Assembly (NCBI GenBank): GCA_000091205.1 | Contig: AP006502.2 | DNA: 64,000 nt | Reading direction: 5' to 3' (one strand) | From: Cyanidioschyzon merolae | Lineage: Eukaryota | Shown: positions 10,702-22,153 of the stretch, piece after piece | Position numbering within the stretch: position 1 is the stretch's first letter | Layout of the letters: the number at the start of each line of letters is the position of its first letter | Program-made: the position numbers and the translations under genes | The notes under the pieces: model-generated | Seen by the model: only the letters and a program-made list of their open reading frames with translations | Told to the model about the DNA's origin: nothing | Databases searched by the model: none

Positions 10702-11804
10702 TTTGGTCAGCGACCCTGCATGAGAGTCACACTGCTGCGAAGGGTGTTCTTTTTTGGACGAATATTTCCTCTGTTCTGTGGGTTCGGATGCGACGAGCGA
10801 GCTAATCAAGCACGCGATCGACGTACCGCATGCGAACAAAATGAACTGTTTCTTCATCGGGATGTAGTATACCGGAGAGCGCAAGTTTCTGTATTGGTGG
10901 TATCCTTCATACCGATGAGAGCATCGCCACCAGGGCGCCATTTGGGGCATCTGGATGATGCAAGGCTTCCAGGGTCGTTCCGAATTGCACGTGACTTTCC
11001 CATGGACTTGATGTCCGGAGCACGGTTTTAGCGCAATGTCCTGCACACGCTGGCAGCTGAGCTTCAACGTATCGATCCGGTATTGCAAGCAGGCCCAGTC
11101 GCAGAAAGCACGCCAAGGCTGGAACCGCTGCGCATGGAGCTATTCGCACCCTCTAACCGCTTCCCTCCAGGTATGATGCAGCCATTGGTACGAGGTCTTT
11201 CCAGGAACATTTCGCAGAAAGGCCCGGTCAACCGCATCACACGTGCCGGCCGCTCAGACGCGCGCGGGTACCTTCGCAGGCAATTTTGTCCCAGTTTGCA
11301 AGTCGCCAGCACAAGTGACCCCAAAGACAGCAGCTTCCCTATACTCGCTGTCACAGTGGCTTCTCCATGGTAAAACCCGTGGTTTGGCACGCAAGTTCCT
11401 CGGTAGCAGAGCATCTCAGTCTTTGAAAGCGGGTCTATCGCCGCGTTTGCAGTACGATCGCAACCACAAGAGCATCCAACGCAACACGCAAAAATCAGAA
11501 CGCTCGAAGCGATCCCACAACTCGAGCACGCACCTGCAGCTGCACCATGCCGAATCTGGACAGTGCTCGCATACCTGCACGCACAGAGCTGATACTGCAA
11601 TCCCGCCTTAAATTGACCCTATCTAACCGTTCGAGCTGAACCGAGTATGAGCTGTCCATAGGGAGCACGCATGCCGACACGTGTACGTCCTGGGCAGCAG
11701 CACAGATTTTTTCATTGACAAAACATTTACTTTGGCCAGCGTTCTCCGATTATGCGCATTTTTCTTTTATTTCTTCATGTTTTTTTTTCAGTGCGCGGTG
11801 AAGT

Positions 11805-11975
11805 ATCCATCAAACACCCTGCCTCCAAGTTATATGACCCATACTTCTTCTCGGATATTCTGGTCGTTTCATACGTCCTATCGTGTGTGCCTAGTGCCTG
11901 CCGAAGGCGACAGAACGGCTTTTCTGTACCACACAGAGGGCGTCGGCTCAAGGGGCAGCACCGATGCATGCGCGC
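11805..11975. repeat. dispersed ~200-bp repeat, copy 2 (about a 40-bp deletion relative to copy 1), ~150 bp upstream of the CCT-alpha ATG
   Basis: The shared blocks here read …cccatacttcttctcggatattctggtcgtttcatacgtcctatcgtg… and …gacagaacggcttttctgtaccacacagagggcgtcggctcaaggggcagcacc…. It is in the same orientation as copy 1. Confidence 0.7.
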
Positions 11976-12128
11976 CCGGCGCGCGCGGCTCGACGAGCAC
12001 CGCCGAATCGCTCGGATGCCGTCTCCTGGACGCTTTCGCGGCAGGGCGACGCGTGTCAAGTGCGCAGCGTTCTGTGCGCGCGTTGCGACAAGCGCTTCAA
12101 GCGCTGATCAGAGAGCTCGCTTAGAAGC

Positions 12129-13850
12129 ATGTCGACGCTTGTGCTGGATGGACAACGGACTTCTGGACGGGACGTTCGCACACAGAATGTAAACGCTTGC
12201 CAGGCAGTGGCGAACGTTATAAAATCGTCGCTGGGCCCAGTCGGCCTCGATAAGATGCTCGTCAGCGAGATCGGTGACGTTACGGTGACGAATGACGGCG
12301 CAACGATTTTGAGCCTACTTGAAGTGAAGCATCCTGCTGCAAAGGTACTTGTCGATCTCGCCAAGCAGCAAGATGAGGAGGTTGGTGACGGAACGACGAC
12401 TGTCGTCGTGCTTGCTGCAGAGCTTCTGAAGCGAGGTAACGAACTCGTGAAAGCGGGTGTGCACCCGACTTCAATCATAGCCGGATACAAGCTCGCTGTG
12501 CGTGAAGCTTGCCGGTACATACGTGATCGGCTCGCTGTCCCGGTAGATCGTCTCGGAAGAGAGTGTCTTGTGAACGCTGCGAAGACCTCGCTCCAGAGCA
12601 AGGTACTCGGCGGCGAGGTCATTGAGCACTTTGCTGGACTGGCAGTCGATGCCGTCATGGCGGTGAAAACCCGACGCGACGACGGCGCGAACGCACATCG
12701 CTACCCGATCCAGTCCATCAATATTTTGAAGAGCCACGGGCGCGGTGTTCGCGAGTCGACGCTACTCGGTGGGTACGGATTGAATCTGACGAGAGCCTCG
12801 CGCCTCATGCCGGAGCGCGTCACCAACGCCCGCATTGCATGTCTTGATGTTGATTTGCGTCGCGCAAAGCTACAAATGGGAATTCAGATTCAGAGCGTGG
12901 ATCCGGCGGAGATCGAGAAGATGCAGCAGAAAGAGCTGGACATTACACGGGATCGCATCAACATGATACTGAAAGCGGGCGCGAACGTGATTTTGACCAC
13001 CAAAGGCATTGATGACGCTGCCCTGAAATATATCAGCGATGCGGGTGCGCTTGCCATTCGACGAGTCGCGCCTGCAGATTTGAAGCGCATTGCAAAGTGC
13101 ACGGGTGCAACGATCCAAACCGCCTTTGCGGATCTGACTGGCGAGGAGAGCTTCGACACCTCAGCACTGGGCCAAGCACAGGAAGTTGTCGAGGAAGTAG
13201 TCGCGGATTCGGCCTTCACCTTCATCCGCGGCTGCCGCGACTTCAAAGCCGCAACCATACTCCTTCGAGGACCAAATGAGTTTATGTTGGATGAAATGGA
13301 GCGATCCATACATGATGCGCTCTCAGCGGTTAGGCGAACGCTCGAATCGAACATGGTTGTTGCGGGCGGTGGTGCGACGGAAGCAGCGGTTTCCACTTTC
13401 CTCGAGAGTTTTGCTGCTGCGCTAGGATCGAAAGAACAGTTAGCCGTCGCTGAATTTTCCGATGCGCTCCTGGTGATTCCCAAGACGCTGGCGGTCAACG
13501 CAGCACTGGATGCGACAGACCTGGTCGCCAAGCTCCGAGCGGCACACTTTGCCGCTTTCGCCAGCAACGAAGGCACGCCTGCCATCAACGATACTGCGTC
13601 ACGAGATAACGCTCCAGTAGCAAATGGTGTCCCTAGCACCGACGCCATTCAGCGGAACGAGCTCAAGTTCTGCGGACTCGACCTCATCAAAGGCCGTGTA
13701 CGCAACAGCTTTACCGCAGGTGTACTCGAGCCTGCCATGAGCAAAATCAAGTCCCTGCAGTTCGCAACGGAGGCAGCCATCACGATTCTGCGCATTGATG
13801 ATTCCATCAAGATCACCGAAGCCACAGAACCCGAAGAGCCTTCCTACTGA
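12129..13850 (+). CDS. CCT1: T-complex protein 1 subunit alpha (CCT1/TCP-1 alpha chaperonin)
   Basis: 573 aa in one exon, ATG verified. The N-terminus matches CCT-alpha closely (…NVIKSSLGPVGLDKMLV…ITNDGATIL…HPAAKVL…), and the GDGTTT ATP-binding motif is present. Confidence 0.93.
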   Translation: MSTLVLDGQRTSGRDVRTQNVNACQAVANVIKSSLGPVGLDKMLVSEIGDVTVTNDGATILSLLEVKHPAAKVLVDLAKQQDEEVGDGTTTVVVLAAELLKRGNELVKAGVHPTSIIAGYKLAVREACRYIRDRLAVPVDRLGRECLVNAAKTSLQSKVLGGEVIEHFAGLAVDAVMAVKTRRDDGANAHRYPIQSINILKSHGRGVRESTLLGGYGLNLTRASRLMPERVTNARIACLDVDLRRAKLQMGIQIQSVDPAEIEKMQQKELDITRDRINMILKAGANVILTTKGIDDAALKYISDAGALAIRRVAPADLKRIAKCTGATIQTAFADLTGEESFDTSALGQAQEVVEEVVADSAFTFIRGCRDFKAATILLRGPNEFMLDEMERSIHDALSAVRRTLESNMVVAGGGATEAAVSTFLESFAAALGSKEQLAVAEFSDALLVIPKTLAVNAALDATDLVAKLRAAHFAAFASNEGTPAINDTASRDNAPVANGVPSTDAIQRNELKFCGLDLIKGRVRNSFTAGVLEPAMSKIKSLQFATEAAITILRIDDSIKITEATEPEEPSY

Positions 13851-15439
13851 GCAGCGCTCTGAGGCATGCGTGCATGGCGTCCTCGGGAAACGAGCATAAT
13901 TCGTGACGCGTCACGTCCTAGGAATGTACTTGGTACCCGCTATCCACGGGCTTTACGTTTGACGCCTCAATGGAGTATGGACACGTGCTTTCGAACCTGG
14001 TTGTGAAGCAAGATGCAACATGAAAATTGTTGCCAGGCGCACCGAGTACATGTCTGCATAAAAGGAGCACTCGAGATGCCACACGCATCCATGCCATTGG
14101 ATTTCAAACGACAAAGTGTGGTATATGGGTGCAGGACTCGAACCATCAGCGACTCCCCCGCAGTGACCGTAAAACATCTCGCATTTGTACCATTCAAAAC
14201 GGCGATGGTTTTGCGAATGGATGCAGACATGCGTATGGTGAGCGTTGACATGCCTATGGCGCGACGCCAAGCCGCCGATATCTCCCCGCTGATCGACTCA
14301 TGGCGGTCTGTAGTGAACACATACCCATCGCCTATCATGATGCAGGTTGTGTCTTGGTGAATCTCCAAGCACTTGATCCAATTCGCTTCGAGTAGCGACG
14401 CACGCCGCACCGCATGGCGACCATATATGCCCAGTGACGCCGCCTTTGCCGCCGGACTCGCCGGCATCGTCTCGCTGGTTGCATATCGCTGGTCTTAGCG
14501 CGAACAATAATGATGGTAGTGATAAGTGCGGAACGTGCTTCTGCCCAATTGCGCTCTACATAATCGAAGCTTAAACTTCTTGAGGGCTTCAGGCGATCCG
14601 GATCCAAGCTCGAATGATACAGGCTCTAGCCATGAACACGCGGTTTCGCGCGGGCGAGATCATCGTTCTCTGAGCAGCTTGCTTCGCCCACTGAGGAACC
14701 TGCAACATGGATAACTGTTGGTATCATTTCAATCGAGTAGTACGGAGTTAGCGTGAGGCTTCTGTTCGTGACCCGCACATTGGAGGCGTTTGTTCCAAGC
14801 GAACGCACCGTTCCCAGATGAGAACCTATTCTGGGCACCCGCGCGTGTAGAGCTCGGCCCTGGGTCTTCACCAGCGAGCATACCCACGTACTATGGAGCG
14901 TACGCGGTGGCGGTGGGCGTCCACGCAACCCGAGTGGCGCGTGAACGCATCATTCCGTGCCATCGGCTTCTAAAAGTCGCTGACTCGACCGTTTTTCGCC
15001 CAGTCACCGTAGCGCGTAGGTTCGTAGCCCCTAGGCCCACCGTACTCGGGACCTGCTTGGGCTTCAGGGTTACAAAGGTCTACCAATTCCTCTGCCTCTG
15101 GCAGAGTTTCGGTCGAGTCAGGCTGCTCATCTTCGGGCGCCGGCGGTCGAGGCGGCCGGAACACCTGCGACCCTAGCGGTGGCGGTTGCTTCGGAGGTCG
15201 CAGTGTGCCCTGGTCCAAGTGGATTCGACGTAAGTTATGAAGGATGCGTGACGTCTGCTGTGTAGCCTTTCGAAAGCAAGGTACGTTCCGCATGAACGAG
15301 ACCGTTTTCTCGACCACTGTGAGATGAGCGCCTCTCCTGGGATCCGAATTGTCGATCACATCATGATGCTGCGCGTGCCGTGTTCTCGCGGAGGCGTCCG
15401 GGCGTGATCTTGATGCGCACGCATGCGTGCGGCAGCAAC

Positions 15440-15540
15440 AGGTACAACATATATGATGATAAGTCAATATTGTATCATATGGATTCGCCCATATCGCAAA
15501 ATGTACAATACACGACATTATTATATATTCTTGTAGCTTG
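15440..15540 (+). promoter_or_regulatory. AT-rich island with TATATAT element ~85-100 bp upstream of the succinyl-CoA ligase ATG (putative core promoter)
   Basis: This is the only strongly AT-rich patch in an otherwise GC-rich intergenic region. It contains …attattatatattcttgtag… at about 15515-15535. Confidence 0.25.
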
Positions 15541-15616
15541 TGTCACAGCGCCTCGGTCTCATCGAGCAACCGATCGTTGCAGGCCCGTGAGTCAAGCGCA
15601 CTCGTTTGGCGCTTCT

Positions 15617-17002
15617 ATGAGGCGTCTGCTGCGTGGTCCGCTGGTGGCGGAGCTTGCCTCGCAAGTCTCCAAACTAGGATCCCGCAACCAACACACATGT
15701 AAGCAGTTTCAACAAGTACGTTTCCTCAACATTCACGAATATCAGTCGCAAGCGCTACTGCGTTCCTATGGCGTGCCAGTACCGGCAGGCGAAATGGCAG
15801 CCTCGGTATCGGAGACCGTTGCGGCGGCTCGGCGTCTGCTTCAAAGCCCGCGAGACGACGTTGTGCTCAAGGCGCAAGTTTTGGCTGGAGGTCGAGGTCT
15901 TGGCGTGTTTCAACCGTCTGGATTTCGAGGCGGAGTGCACATCGCAAGTACCGTGGACGAGGTGCAGCAGTTGGCAGGCAAGATGCTCGGCCAGCAGCTG
16001 GTTACGAAGCAGACGGGCGCCAAGGGTCGACCCTGCCAGAAACTACTCGTGGCGAAGCGTGTTTACGCCCGACGCGAAATGTACCTCGCGCTTCTCTACG
16101 ATCGGAAAGTACAGGGGCCGCTGGCGATCGCGAGTCGCCGCGGTGGAACTTCCATAGAGGACATCGCCCGAGACACCCCGGAGAGCATCCAAAGCATACC
16201 GCTTCCGCTGCCAAAGCGCGGAGAAACCATGGACACCGCAACTGCAGCACGAATAGCTGAGTCACTGGGCCTGTCGCGGCAGCGTTCGGAGCGTCTTCAC
16301 GAGGATGGCGTTGCGCTCATTCAGAATCTGTATCGATTGTTTCTCGAAAAGGACTGCACCATGGTCGAAGTGAACCCGCTGACCGAAACCCCCGACGGCG
16401 AAATTCATTGTGTCGATGCGAAAATCAACTTTGATGACAACGCTGCTTTTCGACAGCGTGACATTTTCGCGCTCCGCGATACAACGCAGGAAGACAGCCG
16501 CGAAGTCGACGCTTCGCGGTTCGGTTTGAACTATATCGGCCTAGATGGGAATATTGGCTGCATGGTCAACGGAGCAGGGCTTGCCATGGCAACCATGGAT
16601 ATTATTAAATTGTACGGAGGAAATCCGGCCAACTTCCTGGACGTTGGCGGTGGCGCCACCGTGGAGCAGGTCGGTGAAGCGTTTCGGATCCTCAATCAAG
16701 ACGCCCATGTCGATTCGATTCTGATCAATATTTTCGGAGGCATCATGCGCTGCGATGTCTTAGCGCAAGGTATTGTGGATGCAGCAAAACGTGCGCAAGT
16801 TCGGGTGCCGCTGATTGTTCGGCTCGAAGGCAACAAGGTTGCGGAAGCCAAAGAAATCATGCGTCAGAGCACTGTCAGAATCATACCTGCAGATAACTTG
16901 GATGAGGCAGCACAGCGGGCCGTGAAAATCGCAGATATCGTTGGACGAGCGCGTGACGCAGGCGTGCAGGTTGAGTTTCGCACACTGTCCTCTGGAGCAT
17001 AG
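15617..17002 (+). CDS. SUCLA2: succinyl-CoA ligase (succinate-CoA ligase) beta subunit, mitochondrial
   Basis: The ATP-grasp N-terminus (FLNIHEYQSQALLRSYGVPVP) and the CoA-ligase C-terminus (GNIGCMVNGAGLAMATMDII…GGNPANFLDVGGGA) are both present. The first ATG was chosen at 15617; the presequence MRRLLRGPLVAELAS is basic. Confidence 0.9.
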   Translation: MRRLLRGPLVAELASQVSKLGSRNQHTCKQFQQVRFLNIHEYQSQALLRSYGVPVPAGEMAASVSETVAAARRLLQSPRDDVVLKAQVLAGGRGLGVFQPSGFRGGVHIASTVDEVQQLAGKMLGQQLVTKQTGAKGRPCQKLLVAKRVYARREMYLALLYDRKVQGPLAIASRRGGTSIEDIARDTPESIQSIPLPLPKRGETMDTATAARIAESLGLSRQRSERLHEDGVALIQNLYRLFLEKDCTMVEVNPLTETPDGEIHCVDAKINFDDNAAFRQRDIFALRDTTQEDSREVDASRFGLNYIGLDGNIGCMVNGAGLAMATMDIIKLYGGNPANFLDVGGGATVEQVGEAFRILNQDAHVDSILINIFGGIMRCDVLAQGIVDAAKRAQVRVPLIVRLEGNKVAEAKEIMRQSTVRIIPADNLDEAAQRAVKIADIVGRARDAGVQVEFRTLSSGA

Positions 17003-18263
17003 CTGCTTTGATAAAGCAGCAGCGTAAGATGCGACCTCGAATCCATATGTCCAGTGAGCGCAAGACAATACGCAGGATGAACGAATGACATCGGAAAAGA
17101 CTTCAAATACCTCCAGATTTATGAATAGATGCCACATATGAGGTAAGCATGACGCTGCGGACGCCGTCAGAGCGAACGTGTTGTCTCATACGCGTGCAGT
17201 TCCGCGTCAGGCGAAGCACACGGAAGCTCTGTTCGAGAACGTGCGCATCGCTGGGTCACGGAAACCGTGCCTGTATCATTGGGCGCACGAAACGGATCTC
17301 AAGTGTCGTTGGCTGCGTGCTTTGTGCCTGCCCGACTGCACTGCCGTGAAGCTTTGCGCAATGTGTATGAGCAATGGATTGGCCGAGAATCCTGTAGGTG
17401 CGAAAAAGCCATCGCACAACAGTAAAAGAAGTATGGTTCCTCTTCAGACGCTGCTAGGTTCCGTTGGCCGCAAACGAGTCGTCCGCTTGGAAGCCAGGGC
17501 TTCACTCGACATGTTCTCTGGCGCTGAGCCAATCCCAAGCGCTCGCGATGACGCTGCACGTGCTGCCGTTGTGGTCACACGAGAGAAACAGAACAGTCTC
17601 GCCGTGCCGCTTTGGGCGTCAGCTTGACAGTCCGTGCAGGTACCGTGCAGGTCCCCAGCTCTGCTTCAGAGGAATGAAGCGATGCATGATGCATGTCGTC
17701 ATGAAGACCGTTTATCATTTGCACCACCGGTATCTCAGGTAGATGCTTTGCACATCACCACAACCGACGTGACTTGTCCACCGGACGCTCATGAGGTTCA
17801 AAACGCGTACCCTGAAAGTACACGTGAGCGCTTCCCTGAGGCACCGCCGAAGCGCGAGCACGCCCCGCATCCAATCTTGCTTCAGTTGGGACTTGGGCTG
17901 CTTGCACGGCGCTATGCAGGCGCAGCGACGCGCTTGCGAACATCTGCACTCGCTACCCGTGCGGTGCAGGTGCCGTTTGCGACCCCAGTAATCGCCGATC
18001 ACCGCCATGCTACTCATGATGCTCCTGGAACCGACACATCATCATCTTCTTCATCGTGATCATCCTCTTCATCATCACAAGGATGGAGCCGACCGAACCT
18101 GCATCCACCGATGTACACGTCGCCTCCGCCTACCTGATACGATTGCGCTGTCAATATGCCACCTCAAAACGATCGCCGCCCTGCGATAAGCGTACACGCA
18201 TCTGGATCTCCACCGCGAGGGACGCATCGATTCTCCAAGTCCATGCGAGAGCGTCCAGTGCAA

Positions 18264-19814
18264 TCACACTGGAACTTGAAATCTCTCGCAGAGACTTGCA
18301 AAAGTGTGCGCGCGGATAGCGTCCTGAATTTCATCAAAAAAGGCCAAATATTGCTGAATGTTATGGAGAGAGAGCAGCATTGGTCCGAGCATTTCGTTGA
18401 CCTGAAACAGATGGTACCAGTATGCACGCGTATACGTTCTCCCAATGGTGCAACGGCGCGCGCTCGCTGCTGAGCGGCAAGTTTGGAGTATTGGTCGCGC
18501 GTCGTGTGCCCAGCGGGGGTCACGCACACTCGTGTACAGCAGTGGATCAGAGGCTTCGCTGTCCGCCGCTTGAGACTCGTGGAATAGATCGAGTGCGTAG
18601 CAGCATTCCGCCATCACGAAGGGGTAGCGGCTCTCGAGTACATCGACGCCGCTGGAAACGAGTCCCAGAACGATTGCTGGCGATCCGTCGACAAGCCATG
18701 CAGAGCCGCCAGTGCAGAACACCGGAAGATTCTTCGATGTCGCAGAGCGAAGGTGCTGGACCATCTTAAGGCACTGGCGCAGAACATCGAGCATGGGCGC
18801 TCCACCATTGCCCAAGCCAACCAGATTGAAACCAGCAACCCGGTCGCGGTATGCGTTAGCCAGCTCCAGAGCCCAGCGTGAGGTCCCTCTGTCGAACTCC
18901 TCGGATCTGGAGATCGGAACCGAGAGCAGCGCATGCCCCGGCGTATTGCGAATGGCAGCGCAGCGCAGCGTATGCGTTCCCCATTGCTTCGTGCGCTCTG
19001 CAGGCAGCGTGTCCACAGTGCCAATACGTGGGTGCGCATTGGCGCCAGCGTCGAGCGCGTAACCCGTTGCCTCCAAGAGATCCCTTCTGTCTCGATCAGC
19101 TGGATCGCTACTGTCTGGTTGAGGCCAGCTCGACACCTCATACAGTGTCTCGTACAGGTCACAGCGCATGGCCTGCTGCAGGTCCAGGATGCGCTCCGGC
19201 GTTACTGGCATGCGCGAGCCACGCGTGTCCCCGAAGAGGCCTTCAGCGACGATCCTATGCGCCTCGTTTGCAGGCAAGCGCTTCCGAGTCGACCGATTCT
19301 GGAACTGGACAACCTGCGGATGTCCGTCTTTTTCAAGCATGTCGAAGAGTGCAAGCGCTGATCTCATGGAAAGAACAAGCGGGCCAGGAAACGCCTGCCA
19401 ACTGCATAAATGACGTGCGTCTTTTTCAGCATTCAGCTCCAAAAACTTGGCACCGTCAGGTTCTTCGGTGCCTTTGTAGTTCCAAAAGTCCAGTGCGCTG
19501 ACCCCAACGCAAAACGAGCTCTGAGAGTGGTCATCGTATTCCTGGGCGGCCTCGTTTGAGCCTGTCGATACCGGCACGCGTCCGCAAGTGGCGTGAGCGC
19601 CCGCCCCAGCGACCCGCAAGCAGTACCGCTCCAACAGCGTGTTTGCTATGCCCGGCGTCGACCCGCGTACAGTTGGCAGTACCCAAGTGGGTGTCACAAT
19701 AGAGCTGGTTTCTGGGGTGCCTGTCCCATCTGTAGCTGCTCCGGAACTCCTCGAGAGCACGCCTAGACGCGCTCCGGGAGTACTGTTGTCAGCGGAAAGC
19801 ACCTCGAAGTGCAT
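18264..19814 (-). CDS. QTRT2: queuine tRNA-ribosyltransferase family protein, most like accessory subunit QTRT2 (QTRTD1)
   Basis: TGT-fold blocks match QTRT2: LVGLGNGGAPMLDVLRQCL…PVFCTGGS…GVDVLESRYPF…CYALDLF, and the C-terminal HNIQQYLAFFDEIQDAIR. The ATG at 19814 was verified. Confidence 0.7.
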   Translation of the reverse strand: MHFEVLSADNSTPGARLGVLSRSSGAATDGTGTPETSSIVTPTWVLPTVRGSTPGIANTLLERYCLRVAGAGAHATCGRVPVSTGSNEAAQEYDDHSQSSFCVGVSALDFWNYKGTEEPDGAKFLELNAEKDARHLCSWQAFPGPLVLSMRSALALFDMLEKDGHPQVVQFQNRSTRKRLPANEAHRIVAEGLFGDTRGSRMPVTPERILDLQQAMRCDLYETLYEVSSWPQPDSSDPADRDRRDLLEATGYALDAGANAHPRIGTVDTLPAERTKQWGTHTLRCAAIRNTPGHALLSVPISRSEEFDRGTSRWALELANAYRDRVAGFNLVGLGNGGAPMLDVLRQCLKMVQHLRSATSKNLPVFCTGGSAWLVDGSPAIVLGLVSSGVDVLESRYPFVMAECCYALDLFHESQAADSEASDPLLYTSVRDPRWAHDARPILQTCRSAASARRCTIGRTYTRAYWYHLFQVNEMLGPMLLSLHNIQQYLAFFDEIQDAIRAHTFASLCERFQVPV

Positions 19815-20504
19815 TCGTGTACAATTTGCTTCCGATCAGCTTCTACCAACGCGTTTTAAGGAACCTCAACAGAAAGTCACTATCCTGGAGAAGTATCGCG
19901 CTAGACACGTCATTTTCCTCGCCAGCACTGACTCTGGAAACTGGGTGAATCTCAGGGGAAAGTATGAGTGCTACAAGCTCAGTTTCCAAGGAGCGCTCAA
20001 CCCGCTCTCAACGCTTCTGCACACTGGCGAGGGGTGCCAGCGCGTCCGCGTCGACGCCGCTTCCAGCTGCTGTCCAGCGGTACTTTGGTGCGCGTTCAGT
20101 GCGGCGCAAGCGACGACCCCAAGTCTCTTTGTGCGACGCGGTCGCTGAAGGAATCCCTGTAGACTGTTTTAGTACCTGCTACTGGAGCAGTGCGAACCAG
20201 TCGCATTTGCGTTGTCGTTAGCGTGATCGCTCGATAGGCTGCCGCTGAAGCGCTCAGTGGACGCTTCGGCTCACGGTTACAGGGCTTCTGCGCACCGCAT
20301 CGCACCGCATCAAATCAGGCACTTGCGTTTCCCAGTTGCCAATTCTCGAACCCGAAACCGGTTGTGCTTGTGTGATCAGTGGTCTGTAGGCACGCACCGT
20401 CTTCTGCGAGTGTCAGTGGCCGCCTCGACAGCTGCTCAAGGTGCGCCAAGCAGTATCCAGCCGAGGCTCCGAGACCCGTACCCAGACTCCTCTATTCCAG
20501 GGAC

Positions 20505-21230
20505 ATGTCGCTCGAGAGCGCCTTTCGTAAAGCGTCGCCCAGAAGGACGCACAGGGAACGCGCGCAGCCAAGGGGCCGTGCGAAGCTGGGGTTGCTCGAG
20601 AAACACCGCGACTATGTAGAACGAGCCCGTGCTTACCACTCGAAGCAGCAACGGCTGAAAGCGCTGCAGCAACGTGCAGAGTTCCGCAACCCTGATGAGT
20701 TCTATTTCAAAATGCTCCGACTACCGAGCAGGGACGGAAGGATCTCGGTACCACATCCGAGCAAGTTCCGTGGCGCGGATGCCACCGAGGATAGACGCAT
20801 GCGCCGCCTCGACGCACAGACACTGCACGCGAAACTTGCACACGAACAGGCGGAGTACGATCGACTCGCAGCGGAGTTTCCACTTGCAGCTGCCGAGGTA
20901 CGCGTTTCTGCCAGCACTCGAAACGCTGCGGGAGCCCGTGCTTCACACACTCGTTTTCATCCAATGACTTGTGTGCCGCTCACAGAGCACGGTGACCGAG
21001 GCCGAGCATTCGGCACAGGTCGTGACCCGTCTGCGGGCGATGCAGCGTTACGCGCACAAGTCGTCGAGGATTTAGGGCGCCGTGCTCAACGCATTGAACG
21101 TTTACGTACACTTACGCACCAAGTGTGGATAGAGTGCCAGATTAGGGGCAAGGGTGCCAAGAAGAAAATTCGCGATTACACTGGAAAACGAGCTGCAGTT
21201 TACCGATGGCAACCCGAGCGGAAACGATGA
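20505..21230 (+). CDS. UTP11: U3 snoRNP / SSU processome protein UTP11
   Basis: The N-terminus shows the UTP11 signature FRKASPRRTHRERAQPRGRAKLGLLEKHRDYVERARAYHSKQ…RNPDEFYFKM. The start was moved to the first ATG in frame (the ORF-track start at 20379 is upstream). Confidence 0.75.
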   Translation: MSLESAFRKASPRRTHRERAQPRGRAKLGLLEKHRDYVERARAYHSKQQRLKALQQRAEFRNPDEFYFKMLRLPSRDGRISVPHPSKFRGADATEDRRMRRLDAQTLHAKLAHEQAEYDRLAAEFPLAAAEVRVSASTRNAAGARASHTRFHPMTCVPLTEHGDRGRAFGTGRDPSAGDAALRAQVVEDLGRRAQRIERLRTLTHQVWIECQIRGKGAKKKIRDYTGKRAAVYRWQPERKR

Positions 21231-21508
21231 GAATGCCCAGCAACAGTCTCAAGCCTCCCCAGCCTGTCAAGGTGTCCCTTGAAAACGACGATATGGGGAT
21301 CCACGAACTAGCACGCAGTACGAGCTTCTGCTCACGCAGCAAACAGCCTCTGTCGGTCTAGGCAAACGCAGATATCAGGCAGAAGCACCCATAAAGCTCG
21401 GATTCTACACTAGAAATACGTGGGGTTCCACTTTCCATACGTACGGGCATCAGATGGCGGGCGTTGCGGACGGGCCGCACGAGTGCGGGCAACGCCCTGT
21501 ACGTGTCC

Positions 21509-22153
21509 TCAGCGCCGTTTTCCCACCGGAATCTCTATCTTTGGGGAGCCTATCTCGTTATCTCGTTCGGGCCGTGGTGACTGCGAGCCCACTATGAAAG
21601 TTTCAATCAAATAGGTGAATCCAGCAAACTGGGCGCACCCCGCGAGCATACCTTGTACGCCCTGCTCCCGGCCGAAGACAGCTCCAGAGGCACAGGCCGC
21701 GATCACCGCATTATACTTATCCTGGCGTTGTCGAACCGTGCGAGAGAGACCAAGACCAAGGCTATAAACACCGCCGAATAACCCCCAGGTCATCAGGAAC
21801 TTCCGGCCTTCCGAGCGTGCTCCCTCTAGTGTTCGCCGCGAGAACGCACCGTAGACGAGCCCCGCTAACCCGCCCATAACACCCGAGGCAACACCCTGCG
21901 TGAACGTCTCCACCGCAACAAAAAGGAGCTTCTCACCGATGGGCAGTGCGTCAAAGTCCACGACGGGCGCCGCAGTGGCGGAACTCGGCGCCCTCGTTTC
22001 TTCTGTTGTCTTGGTACTCGACGTCCCGCGACGAGCGACGAGTGACTTTTTCCCCCGGTTTCCAATCGCTCTCATATTCGGCGACATTGCAGTAGCACAT
22101 ACGCCTCGGATCGAGCCAAAGTGACGAACATTGCGACTTGGATGTTGCAACAT
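21509..22153 (-). CDS. Tim17/Tim22/Tim23 (or OEP16) family preprotein translocase subunit
   Basis: The gene has a Gly/Ala-rich four-TM core with GxxxG packing (…GVASGVMGGLAGLVYGAF…GLFGGVYSLGLGLS…AACASGAVFG…MLAGCAQFAGF…). The N-terminal start is uncertain. Confidence 0.6.
   Translation of the reverse strand: MLQHPSRNVRHFGSIRGVCATAMSPNMRAIGNRGKKSLVARRGTSSTKTTEETRAPSSATAAPVVDFDALPIGEKLLFVAVETFTQGVASGVMGGLAGLVYGAFSRRTLEGARSEGRKFLMTWGLFGGVYSLGLGLSRTVRQRQDKYNAVIAACASGAVFGREQGVQGMLAGCAQFAGFTYLIETFIVGSQSPRPERDNEIGSPKIEIPVGKRR

Noticed and set aside
14120-14160. tRNA-like T-loop motif (ggactcgaacc on the plus strand, i.e. GGTTCGAGTCC on the minus strand)
   Set aside because: When folded as a T-arm the flanking 5-nt stems do not pair (G-C, then A-G and T-T mismatches). 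No acceptor or anticodon arms could be built either. It is treated as a chance match.
14970-15518. 182-aa Pro-rich minus-strand ORF between CCT1 and the succinyl-CoA ligase gene
   Set aside because: It is low-complexity and has no conserved domain. Its 5' end runs into the AT-rich putative promoter of the neighbouring gene. It is kept only as a remote possibility of a small acidic protein.
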